This document shows positions 13,267 to 24,112 of a stretch of 64,000 nt of DNA, piece by piece. This stretch comes from Diplonema japonicum. Its lineage: Eukaryota > Protista > Euglenozoa: Diplonemea. Numbering within the stretch: the stretch's first letter is position 1; each line of letters begins with the position of its first letter. Where the stretch lies: contig OZ025730.1 of the NCBI GenBank assembly GCA_964019335.1, positions 62,001 to 126,000 of the forward strand, written 5' to 3'. The position numbers were made by a program, and so were the translations under genes. The notes under the pieces are model-generated. The model saw only the letters and a program-made list of their open reading frames with translations. It made no database searches and had not been told where the DNA came from.

Positions 13267-13320
<54 letters not shown>

Positions 13321-13491
13321 GGTTTTGTGAATTACTCCCCTCCCTTTCCCCCCCCTTAAGGCAGACTTTCGAAAGACAAAAGGTAAATTGCCTTGGGGGA
13401 AAAATAAAACGGGGAAAGAAAAAAAAGTCAACATTTACATAAAAAAAAGAAGAAGAAAATACAAACTACGGGAAAAATGTCGCTTCCTTTT

Positions 13492-15024
13492 TCAAGACCC
13501 TGGTGTCATCACTCTCCCTTCATAAGGGGCCCGTCTCGAGGGAGAGATGCGCCGTGCTGAGGGGTTGCTTGCAAGCGGGGGGGGAGAGTTCCAGTCTTTG
13601 TAAGTAATGACAGGGGTTTCAGTGGCACCTAGTACAGAACTTGTCATGTTCTTTACGGTGTAGGGGGTCATGTTGTTGCTGGGCTTGCTGGTCGTTCGCC
13701 TCTCTTTTTCTTTTTTCTTTTCCTTCCGTGGTTTCCCATCCACAAGCGTGGCCAAGGCGGTCTTTGCATGGTGCAGTTTGACGTCGTGCTCGTACCCCTG
13801 CTGGGTGGCAGACAGAATCGCTGCTCTGGCATCCTCCAGCTGCTTCTCCATCTCCGCCACCTTCGCGTCTCTCTCCCGCACTGCCTCTCTTGTTCCGCTC
13901 AGCTCTTCGTAGGCCGCTTTGATCAGCTGCTGCGTCTTTTCATCCGGCCCTCTCCTTGCCTCCTCGTTCCTCTCCACCCTCCCCATCAGGTCTTGGATCT
14001 GCCGCTCTTTGATTCTCAGCAGCTCTTCGTTTTGCGTGATCACCGCGTTCTTCTCCTTGAGCTCCCGCTTCGCCGCCTCCACCTCCTTCGCCTTCCCCGA
14101 GATCTTCGGCACTGAGTTGGCTCTGATGTTGGCTGCCTGGAGCTCGGCGTCCCTTTGCTGCAGCACGGACTTCAGTTCTTCGAGCTCCTCCTCCAGAGAT
14201 CTGGCGATGCCCTTCCAGTCGGTTGCGTCTGGGACTTGCGCAGGTGGGGGGCGCACTGAGGTGACGGGGGATGGCGGGATGCTGCGCTGCGGTGTGGGGG
14301 GCCGTGCAGAGTCGCGGGCGGTGGGTGTGCGCGACACAGCGGAATATTGCGAGGGCTGGGCAGACTGCTGCTGGACCGGTGTGGCGGGGGGTGCCAGGGA
14401 CACCTGCGTTGCTTGCACAGAACCGGACACGGAGGGAACCCTAACAGCAGATCTGGCCATCGAAGTTTGCGAGGGCTGCCTGGACACAACAGGAGAGTGG
14501 TTGGAGGCCATCGAAGGCGCGGCTGAGCCTTTTCGAGAGCCCATCGGCGACCCCGGCGAAACAGCAGACGCCATCGGGGTCGGTGCAGCAGGAGCGGTGT
14601 CAGGAACAGATGCTGGTGCTGCAGGTGGGTCTACATTCGCACGGCCGACAGACACCCCACCGGCACTAGGCGGTGGAGGGGGTTGTGAAGGCTGTGACTC
14701 ATGCTTCGGCACACTAACAGGTGGGCTCTTAACAATGGTAGGCGGGGCACCAGCTGGGGACCTCGGCACAGAAACAGGTGTGGCCGCTACGGATCCAGCC
14801 TTGCTGCCCCTTGAGGCAACGGAGCCCTGCCTTGAGGGGAGAAACTCCGGTGCCCCTGCAACAGGCCACTCCCCGTACTTCCCTTTCAATTTCTCCATCA
14901 ATTTGTCTTCCCTCCCCTGATAGCTCGAGAGCACTACATGTAAAATGGGTAGATCTTGCGGGCAATAATGGGTGTAGAAGGCTTCAAACCTCTTCACCAC
15001 AGCTGGGTCAAGCGCAACGCTCAT
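13492..15024 (-). CDS. Hypothetical protein: N-terminal FY..Y.P..Y.GRE..L..KYG helical motif, Pro/Ser-rich linker, coiled coil
   Basis: Coding part of ORF 13492-15327 from MSVALDP (ATG 15024); the upstream part of the ORF is low-complexity spacer. Confidence 0.8.
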   Translation of the reverse strand: MSVALDPAVVKRFEAFYTHYCPQDLPILHVVLSSYQGREDKLMEKLKGKYGEWPVAGAPEFLPSRQGSVASRGSKAGSVAATPVSVPRSPAGAPPTIVKSPPVSVPKHESQPSQPPPPPSAGGVSVGRANVDPPAAPASVPDTAPAAPTPMASAVSPGSPMGSRKGSAAPSMASNHSPVVSRQPSQTSMARSAVRVPSVSGSVQATQVSLAPPATPVQQQSAQPSQYSAVSRTPTARDSARPPTPQRSIPPSPVTSVRPPPAQVPDATDWKGIARSLEEELEELKSVLQQRDAELQAANIRANSVPKISGKAKEVEAAKRELKEKNAVITQNEELLRIKERQIQDLMGRVERNEEARRGPDEKTQQLIKAAYEELSGTREAVRERDAKVAEMEKQLEDARAAILSATQQGYEHDVKLHHAKTALATLVDGKPRKEKKKEKERRTTSKPSNNMTPYTVKNMTSSVLGATETPVITYKDWNSPPPLASNPSARRISPSRRAPYEGRVMTPGS

Positions 15025-15560
15025 AATGTCACCCTGTCTTGAGTTTTCTGTCGATATTTGTAGTTGTATGTGTGCATGGATAAGGAAGAAGAACGTATAA
15101 AAGAAAAGTGCAAACGTCATACTTAATAAGAGGGGCTGTTGCCAATAGAAGGGATGAGAGAGTAGGGAGGAGGACGAGAGAAAAGGGAACACGAGAAAAG
15201 GAAGACTCGACCAGTGGAAGAAAAAGAAAAATGAAAGGCGTAAATGGAGAAAAAAAAAACACGGGATAAGCTCACATTCCCGTTCTCCTCCCCACCCCCC
15301 CACCCTCCTCCCCCACATGTCTGTCATTTTCTTCTTCTTTTTTTCTTTTTCTGTTTCTTAAACCATGTATTAGAGAATTTTCAGAATTTGCTTAGATCCT
15401 TATCATATTTTTACAACTTGAATCTTTAAAGAAGTCTCTCTCTCATCCCAGAGGCTGTCACCCTTTGGGTGGGTATTCCTTAAGAAGATTCTTTTTTTTT
15501 TTTTTTCAAATTTAAAGTTGTTAAATAATTAAGGTCAGGAAGAATCTCTTTTTATTAATT

Positions 15561-16240
15561 TTATTTGACTCTTCAGAAATTACTTCACGCACTGGGGGGC
15601 CCATTACTTCACGCTAAATCTCACTACTTCACGGTGAAATAATGGCCCGTTTTCCGTGAAGTAATAGGGGTTTCCGGTAAATATGCCTCGGTAGGCCAAT
15701 TTTTGCCTCGGTTCGGTTCCCAGTGGGGCTACTTTTTCCTCTCAGTTTGCTATTTCCCCCCAGGTTCAGCTCAATTGGCCAACTTTTGCCTCGGCTCAGT
15801 TCCAAGTTGGACTACTTTTTCCTCCCAATTTGCCCACTTTTGGCTAGGCCTTGTTCCCAGTTTCTGGGGGTAACTCTTCTGTGGGTAAGGGTAACTTAGT
15901 CAGCTTACCCAAGCTCCCCAAAAGACTTCAAAATACCGAAGCAGCAGAAAAAAAAGGAGCCAGCGGCCGCGCCAGGTATGGGAAGGCCTGATTAGAGATG
16001 GTGACAGTGGCAATGCCAGCGACAGCGGCAGCTCTTAGTCAACAAAAGGAGGGAAAACAACTTGTATTGTAACCTTTGTAACCCCTCTCTTGTTGTACCC
16101 CTTGTCACCCTGTTGTGCCCCTCGTGGTGAAGTAATTTCAGAGTGTCGTGAAATAAAACCACTTACCTACCGCCAAGTAATGCTTTACCGACCTCGAGGT
16201 AACGGTAAAGTCATTACTTGTTGGCAGTAAATAGCTATAA
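15561..16240 (+). mobile_element. Non-autonomous Crypton-like element, family A copy 1
   Basis: Near-identical to 58909-59650. Left end TATTTGACTCTTCAG with tandem (T/C)TACTTCACG motifs; right end is an inverted repeat ending AAATAGCTAT. Confidence 0.75.
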
Positions 16241-16574
16241 AATACGGTAAACTTATCCCCCCACCCGGTTTATTATTATTATTTTCTTCGTTTTTTGGTT
16301 TTCTTTTTCCCTTCCTTCTTTCCCCCTCCTTTTAGTACAATTATTCAATATTCGCCCACCACATTTTTTTCATGAGAAGGGGAAGAAGAAGAAGAAAAAA
16401 AGGAGAGAAAGAAAAAAAGACAGAAAAATGTAAGGGGAGGGTCAACTGTATAAACAACAGCCGGATAAAAAAAAAAAAAAAGGGACACAAAAAAAAAAGA
16501 GGGAAAGATTAGAAGGTAAAGAAGAAAAAAAAAGAAAAGAAAAGAAAAAAAGAACAAGTAAACATTACCACATC

Positions 16575-17115
16575 CTAGTTTTGCACTCTTGGAGGTTCTA
16601 TTTCAATAAACTCGTAAAAAGGCCTGAGTGCCTGCTGTGGAACGGACTTGTAAAGAGCCAATGCTTGTTTGGCAAGGGAAGAGAGGTAGGACGAAAGATT
16701 GGCCCTTCGAGCCTCTTTTTGTTTTTGAGAGAGTTTTGTGAGTTGCTTCTTGGGGAATGGCGGGAGGGACTTCGCTAGGAAGCCGAAGGCTTTCTTCAGA
16801 TCCAAGAATGATGAGAACCGCTTCCACACCCCATACCCCCACCCTGCCCCTTCTACAGTTACCTTATAGACGGTGACCCCGTCCTTCTCCTCCACTGCAT
16901 CCACCTCCACACGTGTAACTCCATCGAACGCGTGTTTTTGTTTTTCTTCTTCTTGCACTTCTTCTTCTTCCGTGGTCTCTTCTGATTCCTCTTCTCGTTC
17001 TTCCTCTGCCGCCTCTTCCTCCTCCTCTTCTTCTTGTTCTCGTTCTTCGACCTCTTGTTCTTCTTCTTCTTCCTCTTGGCCTGTCATTTCGATACCATCC
17101 ACATCTTTCGATTTC

Positions 17116-17146
<31 letters not shown>

Positions 17147-18760
17147 ATTTCACTCTTCAGAAATTACTTCACGCACTTGGGGGCCCATTACTTCACGCTA
17201 AATCTCATTACTTCACGCTAAATCTCATTACTTCACGGTGAAATAATGGCCTGTTTTCCGTGAAGTAATAGGGGGTTTCCGTTAAATAATATGCCTCGGT
17301 AGGCCAATTTTTGCCTCGGTTCGGTTCCCAGTGGGGCTAATTCTTTTTTTTAGTTTCTTCCATACCTTATGCTTAACCTTGAGCTCTGGAGGTGCTTTCG
17401 GTGCTGGGAGGTCGTCATCGCTGTTGTTCTCCTCTTCAACGCCAGGGGCAGGGGCAGGGTCAGGGCCAGGGACCGTGAGGTGGTACCGTTTGTCTTGTGG
17501 TGTACAGTCCTCCTGCTCCATTTGTTCCATGGGTTCTTCTTCGTTTTGCTCGCCTGCGAGCTCATTCACACCTGCGCTGTTGAAGGAGGAGGGGAGAGAG
17601 AGAGGGCCTGCGGACGGGTTCATGAGTATCGGCTGCGACCTCAGTGAGGACCTGTCCACCCTGAAATTGCGCATCGCATCTTCCATAGACAGAACTTTTT
17701 CCGTTTCGCCATCTTGAAGCTCGTCCAAAGCACATGCAGAGCCTTGGTCCGTCCCTGCTCTAAGGGGGTGATTGTTTACCTCCTCCACTGGATGGCGGGT
17801 TGCTATCTCTTCTGCAGACACCGGAGCCTCTTCAACAGACACTGAAACTTCTTCTACAGACACTGGGACATCTTTTTCAGGTTCCGGCTCGTAAGGTATG
17901 AACCCAAAGGGATGCGCCCCCTCCACGTTTTCCTCACCGCCTTCTCGCTTTTTCTTCTTCTTCTTCTTCTCGCGTTTCGGTTTCTTCTCTGCTTCGTCTT
18001 CATTTTTCGCATTCTCACCTTTTGATTTGTTTTCTTCGGGTTCGACTTCCGCCTCTTCTTCGAACCGTTGCTCCTCTTCTTGTTGTTGTTGTTGTTGTTG
18101 TTGCTCCTCCAGCTCCTTCGCCCTTTTGAGCTTCTTCTCTTTTTTCCGTTCTTTTTTTTCGTTTTTTTCTTGTTGTACGCGTTCGGCTTCGAGTTCCTCC
18201 TGTCGAATCGCCTCAGCAGCAGCGGTGGCCTCATGGAGGTCACGGTACACGCAGATAGAGAGAGATAAGGCACCACCCTGGTGTACGAGTTTTATTTGTT
18301 CGATGAGATCCATGGGCTTCCGAATGGGTTTACCGCCTGCCTTGCAAAGGCAGTGCCCCACAACCACCCCGCCGCGCTCTGCTGGGGACAAGGACATGAC
18401 TTCTGTGATGACAACATCATCGTCTAGAAGCGCACAGGTCATCCCGAAGTGCTCTCCTCTGTAGGCAAGGGTGGCATTCAGGTACTCTTTTTTCCGTTTC
18501 TCCACCCTCGGGGCTTCTTGGGGTTCCTCGTCGTCGTCGAGAGGCATACCCATGTCGCCTCGTCTTTTTACTAACGTGTTCTTCAGCTCTTCCCACAACG
18601 TGTCCGCGCTTGTCCCCTCTGCCATGGCTGAATACACCTTTACCATGTCTCTTACAGTCGCTTCCGCTAGGAGCTTCACGTCGTTCTTCGTGTACCCGCA
18701 CGACAGGGCACGGAGCATCTTCTGCAGAGGTGGTGCGAGATTTTGAACCTCATTTTCCAT
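16575..18760 (-). CDS. PDZ + acidic/coiled-coil + C-terminal PX domain protein (2 exons)
   Basis: ATG 18760 (MENEVQNL). PDZ GEHFGMT..VITEVMSLSPAERGG. Intron 17115-17365 (AAG|GTATGG..CAG, phase 0) joins ORF 17282-18904 in frame to ORF 16575-17102, which carries PX (VYKVTV..VWKRFSSFLDL..PPFPKK..RRANLSSYL). Confidence 0.85.
17145..17339 (+). mobile_element. Crypton-like family A, left-end fragment, intronic
   Basis: Matches the first ~190 bp of 15561 and 58909; lies inside intron 17115-17365. Confidence 0.8.
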
Positions 18761-18801
18761 GGTGTTTTTTTTTTGTTTGTCTTTATTAAATGTTTGTGAG
18801 A

Positions 18802-18836
<35 letters not shown>

Positions 18837-19127
18837 TGAAGTGGGTGCTCACACTTTAAAAAAAAAAAATCCGTAAACCCCATTTCAAAAGTAATTGGCA
18901 ACAACCAAAAGGTGAGGCACTTCGAAACACACAGAACTGTCCACAGTCCCGCAAAGTCTTCGCATGGAAGTTAAAAGTTTTATTTTTTTTTTTGCCTTTT
19001 TTAGGCGCGGACGTCACATCAAAGCCAACACACCGAGGTTGGGGACAAGGTCACACTAACCCAGGTTTTAGGTGGGCGCGACTCGGGGGAGTAGAAAAAA
19101 AGAAAAAGAAAAAAAAAGAACACTCTC

Positions 19128-20249
19128 TCACCTTTGTCTTTGTTTTTTCGTGTTTGGTTCCGGGGCGTCTTCCTTGTCCCCTTCCCACACCGCGAGCAGT
19201 CTTTCCTTCAGTTTTTGGAGGTTCTCTTGCTGGCCCCATTCCTTCTCGCCTTCTGGGTTCATCAAAACCAGGATTAAGGAATTCCTGACGAACGGCGGGG
19301 CTCGTTCCCCCGAAAGCCCATCGACGTACCCATGGCTGCCCTCCTTAACAACAAGGTCGAGTTTCAAGAAATTCTGAGAGTCCTCTCGAATCTTTGTAAT
19401 CGAGGGAGTAGGGGGGTCCGTCCATTCGGGTATTATAAGGCTGAAACAAAGTGCCTTCGGGGTAGCCAGTAAATCTACCATGTGGTCGTGCAGCTTATCC
19501 ATAACATGCTCTGTGAACGGAGGGTTGACTTCTAAGGAGCCGGTGGTGGGGCGGAAGTCGAAAAACGATCCCAGCGATCCAAAGACAACGTCTGTCGAAG
19601 GGTACAAAGAGCAGAAAGTACTCAAGGTGGTATTGATAGGGGATGCAAAGGCTTCCACCTCCACCTTGAGGTGATCTTGCAGTATGGCCATGACTTGTTT
19701 AGGTATCGCGTCTTGAAGCCCGCTGCGGCCCCCTGTTAGAAAGTGGTACCGGAGCTTCATCAGCGCCACGCAATGTGGGAAGAACTCGTCCTTCCATCGG
19801 TACTGGGATTTTAATTTTTCCCACTGTGCCAGAGAAACCGTTACCTTTGTATCTTTCACGTAAATGTCCATCATTGTGTCCCGGGGTTTGACTCGTACTT
19901 CGGATGGCCTTCCGTGGAATTCCATTTCTCGGATTTTGGTAATTTCATCGCCGACTTTTCTCAGGATCTCAGCAGGTTCGGTTGCACCTGCTCGTTGCAG
20001 CTCTGCCTCGCATTCGCGGTCGCACCCGCTGACCATCCACCGGTTGAAGGACTTCTCCGCTCTCCCGTACTGGTCCACAAAACCGCCTGCTTTCTTCACC
20101 TTTTCGTAGAACCCTTGCCGCACCTGCTTCATTCTCTTCACCTTCGCTTCCTCCAAGCTGACCTCTTCAACCACATCGGTCTCCGCCTCCCACTTCGCGA
20201 CCCTCTCCTTCACAACATCCTCCAGGTACGCCTCGCCGATCTTCATCAT
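19128..20249 (-). CDS. PCIF1/CAPAM-like cap-adjacent adenine N6-methyltransferase
   Basis: GLQDAIP, VEAFASPIN, FCSLYPSTDVVFGSLGSFFDF and catalytic NPPF, as in the PCIF1 MTase domain. Start taken as MMKIGE (20249). Confidence 0.85.
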   Translation of the reverse strand: MMKIGEAYLEDVVKERVAKWEAETDVVEEVSLEEAKVKRMKQVRQGFYEKVKKAGGFVDQYGRAEKSFNRWMVSGCDRECEAELQRAGATEPAEILRKVGDEITKIREMEFHGRPSEVRVKPRDTMMDIYVKDTKVTVSLAQWEKLKSQYRWKDEFFPHCVALMKLRYHFLTGGRSGLQDAIPKQVMAILQDHLKVEVEAFASPINTTLSTFCSLYPSTDVVFGSLGSFFDFRPTTGSLEVNPPFTEHVMDKLHDHMVDLLATPKALCFSLIIPEWTDPPTPSITKIREDSQNFLKLDLVVKEGSHGYVDGLSGERAPPFVRNSLILVLMNPEGEKEWGQQENLQKLKERLLAVWEGDKEDAPEPNTKKQRQR

Positions 20250-20359
20250 TTCCCCTCCCTGTTGACAGCATTGTTTCGGCACAGAACACAAATAATACAC
20301 TGACGTTATTGTTGGAAGGGAGGGAGGGAGGGGAGTTTTTTTTTTTTTTTTTTTTTTGT

Positions 20360-22594
20360 CTATAAAAGGTAGAATGTAATAGTTATAGACCCGGGTTTGA
20401 AAAGGCTGACGGGGAGGAAGGCCGACTCTGTGTTGGAGTCGAAGGTAACTGGGCCTTGCGTGCTGTTCACAGATATCACAGTCGAAGATGGGACGCGAAG
20501 CTTCACGTTCCATCCAGCAGGGGCCTTGTTAAGAGTGGCGGAAAACACAACCTTTTCACTAGGGAACACAGTGTACGAGAAACTTGTAACGCCGTACCGG
20601 CTCATCCCACGGTTCATGCTGACGACTTTGTTCTTTGTCCACCAGTCTCTGGGGATTCCCTTTCCGTAGTACACGATGCCCTGGTCGGGGTTGTCTAGAA
20701 GAAGCATCCATTTGACACTCAGCGGAACCGACAGTTGAGCGGGAGGACAGTATGGTTGTCCTTGTAAATATTGAATGCTCGTTTCCTCCAACGCTGTCCA
20801 CGTTCCTCTCGTGTAACCGTGGCTGGAGAGCGAGTAAAGCTGCAGCAGGAACTGCGGCACGAGATCGTTCTGAAGCAAACCGTACGCCCAGCCGTGCGAG
20901 GTGAAGGTTTGGAGCCACTGTCCTGACGCATCAGAACCAGTTCCGGAGAGCACTCCCAAACGGGTCATCACACTGTTGTTGGTGTTCCATTCAACAATCG
21001 CCTGCACGACGTTCTTCGCCATCACGTTGGAGTAAAACATTTCCGCGTAGGTCCTCCACGGCTCGCTTTCCCTTATAGAGCGTTGCTCGGGAAGCTCAGC
21101 ACAGGCACCAATACCAGCCACATAAGGGTAACAGGTACCATTCACCGATTTCGACATTGACGCTTCAAAATCCGCTTTTATAATACCCGCTTCCGTCGTT
21201 AGGTTTGTTCCCAATTGTGTCTTCCCGAGTTTTGTCATCACATCGCCCATTTCTAAGAACCCGCGAACGGTTTCTAAGGCGATGGAATAAAACGGAAGCT
21301 CTGTGGAGCCCAGTGGGATGTCGTCCTTCCACAGATCTGCTTCGTCGTTCCCCCGTGGCATGCCGTATGTAGGGTCGGATTTGGCTATTTGCCGGGAGGC
21401 GCGAAGACGGCGTTGGAGAAGCCCGATGATACCCTCGAGCTTGTTCATCTGCGATATGATCAAGGCAGCATCGTTGGTGTACTGATAATAAAGCCCGACA
21501 ACAGTCAGCATCCTAGCGTGTTGCGCCATTTCGAGGCCCCTGTAGTGGACACCGCCTTGTTTTCTGATGTAGTATGTTAGATAATTCTCGATGACACCCT
21601 TTGCGTAGTCGGTCAACCCCCATTCGATCGCAGCCATGACGGATGCGGTGAACGTTTCTGGGAAGCCGTTGTTGTGCGGGCCGCCGTACGCGCAGCCGCC
21701 GGGATCTCCGCAAACACCGTATTTCGGCCAGAACACAGAACGGCGGGTGATCATGTCCTTGGAAAGGGAATGAACTGCTTGGTCGGCGAGAACCTGCTCG
21801 GGAATCGATATGGTAGTCCGGTTTGACTGAGCCCACAGATTGTCCCAATACAATTTGTGTGTGAAAACGGCAGAGTAGAAATCGTTGTCTTCAGGGGTGA
21901 ATGCAGGGTTGTACGCGTAGGTGTCGAAAACAATTTGTCTGTCAAGCACACCGTTGACGATTCGCACGAAGCGGAACATTGCAGGCTGCTCGCGGTTTCC
22001 ATCAGTGTTGTCGACCGGCGACACCGACATTTCCCACCGCACGGACTCATTCACCAAGTAAGCATAATGAACGATTTGAAGAGAACCTCCTATAAGCCCT
22101 TCGTAAACATTGTTTTTCGCTGCTGTCCACTCGCTTCCAATAATCAACGGCGGGCGGGGGTACCCCGCGTATATACCTACATCGCCGTATCTGTCAAAGA
22201 CAACTTCTACATCGGACTGCCGTGAAGATAGAAATGTGTGCTGACCGTCGTAGGAGAAACCGGTGCTTGCGCCCCACCCGAATAAAATCGGCGGGACTGT
22301 GTTCAGTACCTCGTCGAATCCGGGGTCGGCCCCGTCAGAGAGGTACTTTTTTGCGATGAGATCTGGGTCAGCGTTCCACACGTCGGTCTTGTTGAGGCCC
22401 CCCCATGTTCCCGGCATGTTTTGGTTGTATACTCTCTTATGCACGATCGAGCCGTCGCTGCTCCCTCCTACGATTGTAATCGATCCGTTCAAATGGCTGA
22501 AATCTTCGCAAACAACGCCTCCCAAGAGAGAACCCACGGTCGAATAGTTTATAGGACATACTGTCAGAACCGTTGTCAGGACGATTGGAAGCAT
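20360..22594 (-). CDS. Secreted glycoside-hydrolase-like protein (probable (alpha/alpha)6 barrel), bacterial-type
   Basis: Intronless 744 aa from MLPIVLTTVLTV (signal-like). Many N-glycosylation sequons, WPKYG..NGFPETF and Trp/Tyr-rich helices, C-terminal GKGIPRDW + beta-sandwich. Family assignment is inference. Confidence 0.65.
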   Translation of the reverse strand: MLPIVLTTVLTVCPINYSTVGSLLGGVVCEDFSHLNGSITIVGGSSDGSIVHKRVYNQNMPGTWGGLNKTDVWNADPDLIAKKYLSDGADPGFDEVLNTVPPILFGWGASTGFSYDGQHTFLSSRQSDVEVVFDRYGDVGIYAGYPRPPLIIGSEWTAAKNNVYEGLIGGSLQIVHYAYLVNESVRWEMSVSPVDNTDGNREQPAMFRFVRIVNGVLDRQIVFDTYAYNPAFTPEDNDFYSAVFTHKLYWDNLWAQSNRTTISIPEQVLADQAVHSLSKDMITRRSVFWPKYGVCGDPGGCAYGGPHNNGFPETFTASVMAAIEWGLTDYAKGVIENYLTYYIRKQGGVHYRGLEMAQHARMLTVVGLYYQYTNDAALIISQMNKLEGIIGLLQRRLRASRQIAKSDPTYGMPRGNDEADLWKDDIPLGSTELPFYSIALETVRGFLEMGDVMTKLGKTQLGTNLTTEAGIIKADFEASMSKSVNGTCYPYVAGIGACAELPEQRSIRESEPWRTYAEMFYSNVMAKNVVQAIVEWNTNNSVMTRLGVLSGTGSDASGQWLQTFTSHGWAYGLLQNDLVPQFLLQLYSLSSHGYTRGTWTALEETSIQYLQGQPYCPPAQLSVPLSVKWMLLLDNPDQGIVYYGKGIPRDWWTKNKVVSMNRGMSRYGVTSFSYTVFPSEKVVFSATLNKAPAGWNVKLRVPSSTVISVNSTQGPVTFDSNTESAFLPVSLFKPGSITITFYLL

Positions 22595-22744
22595 TTCTTT
22601 TTTTTTTTTTTTTTTTTTTGAAACTTTCCCTCCCCTCCCCCCCAAGCGCCCTTTTTTTTTGATGAAAGAAAGATCTGTTTATTAGAAGGGGGGGAAAAAA
22701 AAAGAGAAAGGTTTGTTTTAAGAAGAAAAAAAAAATATATGAGT

Positions 22745-23665
22745 TAAAGGAAGTCTTTGTGAGACGCCCCCTTGTTCTCATGCTCTTCCTGCACCTATCC
22801 CCCTTCAGCAGCGGTTTCTCCTTCTTCGGTGGTCGTGCCGGCCTCCTCCCCAGCTTGGCTACTTTTTCCCTTCTTTCCTTTGCCCATTGCTTCCCCAGCT
22901 CCTCCAGGTCGTACTTGGTCTTCGTTGATGCAAACATTGCTCTTCTACTCCACCCGATCACCGCCTTCGTCCCTCCGATTGATCGCAGCGTATGTACTCT
23001 CTTGCATGGTTCAGCAGGGAAGGCCCTCCTTCCTTTCACCTTCTTCTGCAGTCTCCCTAGTTCCCATGTGTTCCACACCTTCTTCATCACCGTGTGCAGT
23101 CTCCTGGCCTTCTGTCGCACCTCTGCCAACTCCCCTAGCTTCCCTCCAAGGGATTTCTGGGTCACGTTTTCGAAATCCAGCGCCAGCTCCACCGTCGACA
23201 CTGCCGTGCTTCTGTTCCCTCCATACCAGCGCAGCTGCTTGAGCCATTTCAGCACCGGTTTCGTGTACTCCTTCAGGGTGTTGCCGGTCTGCAGCCTCGC
23301 GAACTCCTCCTCTGTTGGTGCTGGGTGTGCCTCCCCCTCCGTGATCTCCAGCCATTGGTGTGTCCGGTAGACCTGCTGCCTCTTTGCCTGCAAGGCTGCG
23401 TCGCGTTCCCCCACCACAGCCAGCAGGTAACGCTGGGTCTTCTCGAGCCTGTCCTTGTCCTCCTTGGCCGCTTCCCTCGGGAGGATGCCATGGAGCCTCA
23501 TGCACGGTTCTAGGCCTGTTCGTGTCGTGCCTGCATGTGCCTCCCGTTGCCCTACTTCGACAGCCAGTTCGCACTCCCACAGTGCATGCTCCAGGATGTT
23601 GGATACCTGTTGCATCTGACCGCATACGTCGCAGCGTGCCGTTGCGGGTTCGTCCTGCTGCCTCT
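22745..23665 (-). mobile_element. Non-LTR retrotransposon C-terminal ORF fragment
   Basis: LEHALWEC..CMRLHGI..VLKWLKQLRW..VSTVELALDFE is homologous to the fragments at 36720, 51725 and 52020. Assignment to a retroelement C-terminus rests on recalled similarity. Confidence 0.7.
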
Positions 23666-23848
23666 GAAAAAAAAAAGAAAGAAAGAAAAGCGACGAAGAA
23701 AGAAAAATAAAAAAATAAAAATAAAAAACACTGCTCGCTTCTTCTTCTTTTTTTTTTTTTTTGTGATGGCAAAAAAAGAAACGGGAAGGGAACCTTTAGT
23801 ATACGACAGGATCACCTGGGGAGAACAAAAAAAAATTAATTCTTAATT

Positions 23849-23872
23849 GACTATGTCTTTGTTGTTCGCAGG

Positions 23873-23912
<40 letters not shown>

Positions 23913-23985
23913 AAAGAAACCGCGTAAACTTTTTTTTTTTTTTTTTGCTCGACACAAGTTACATTTAGTAATGAAATCATTTTCT
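23849..23985. repeat. Dispersed repeat family D
   Basis: CTATGTCTTTGTTGTTCGCAxGAGCAAAA...TTTTGCTCGxCACAAGTT; also at 34243, 36625 and 44497. Confidence 0.85.
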
Positions 23986-24112
23986 TTCTTTTTTTTTTTT
24001 GAAAAAAAAGAAAACAAAAAAAAGTGCCCCCCCCGCCATTGCCTTCTTATTTAAAAACCGAGGGAAAGGGTGGCTAGAAAAAAAAAAAAAAAAAAAAAAC
24101 TTATTTCGGAAC

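Noticed and set aside
15575-15665. Tandem TTACTTCACG units resembling a CRISPR or iteron array
   Set aside because: The units are ~10 bp with irregular short spacing inside a multi-copy eukaryotic TE end; there are no cas genes.
17282-17365. Apparent C-terminal fusion of the PDZ ORF to TE sequence
   Set aside because: Explained by read-through into intron 17115-17365.
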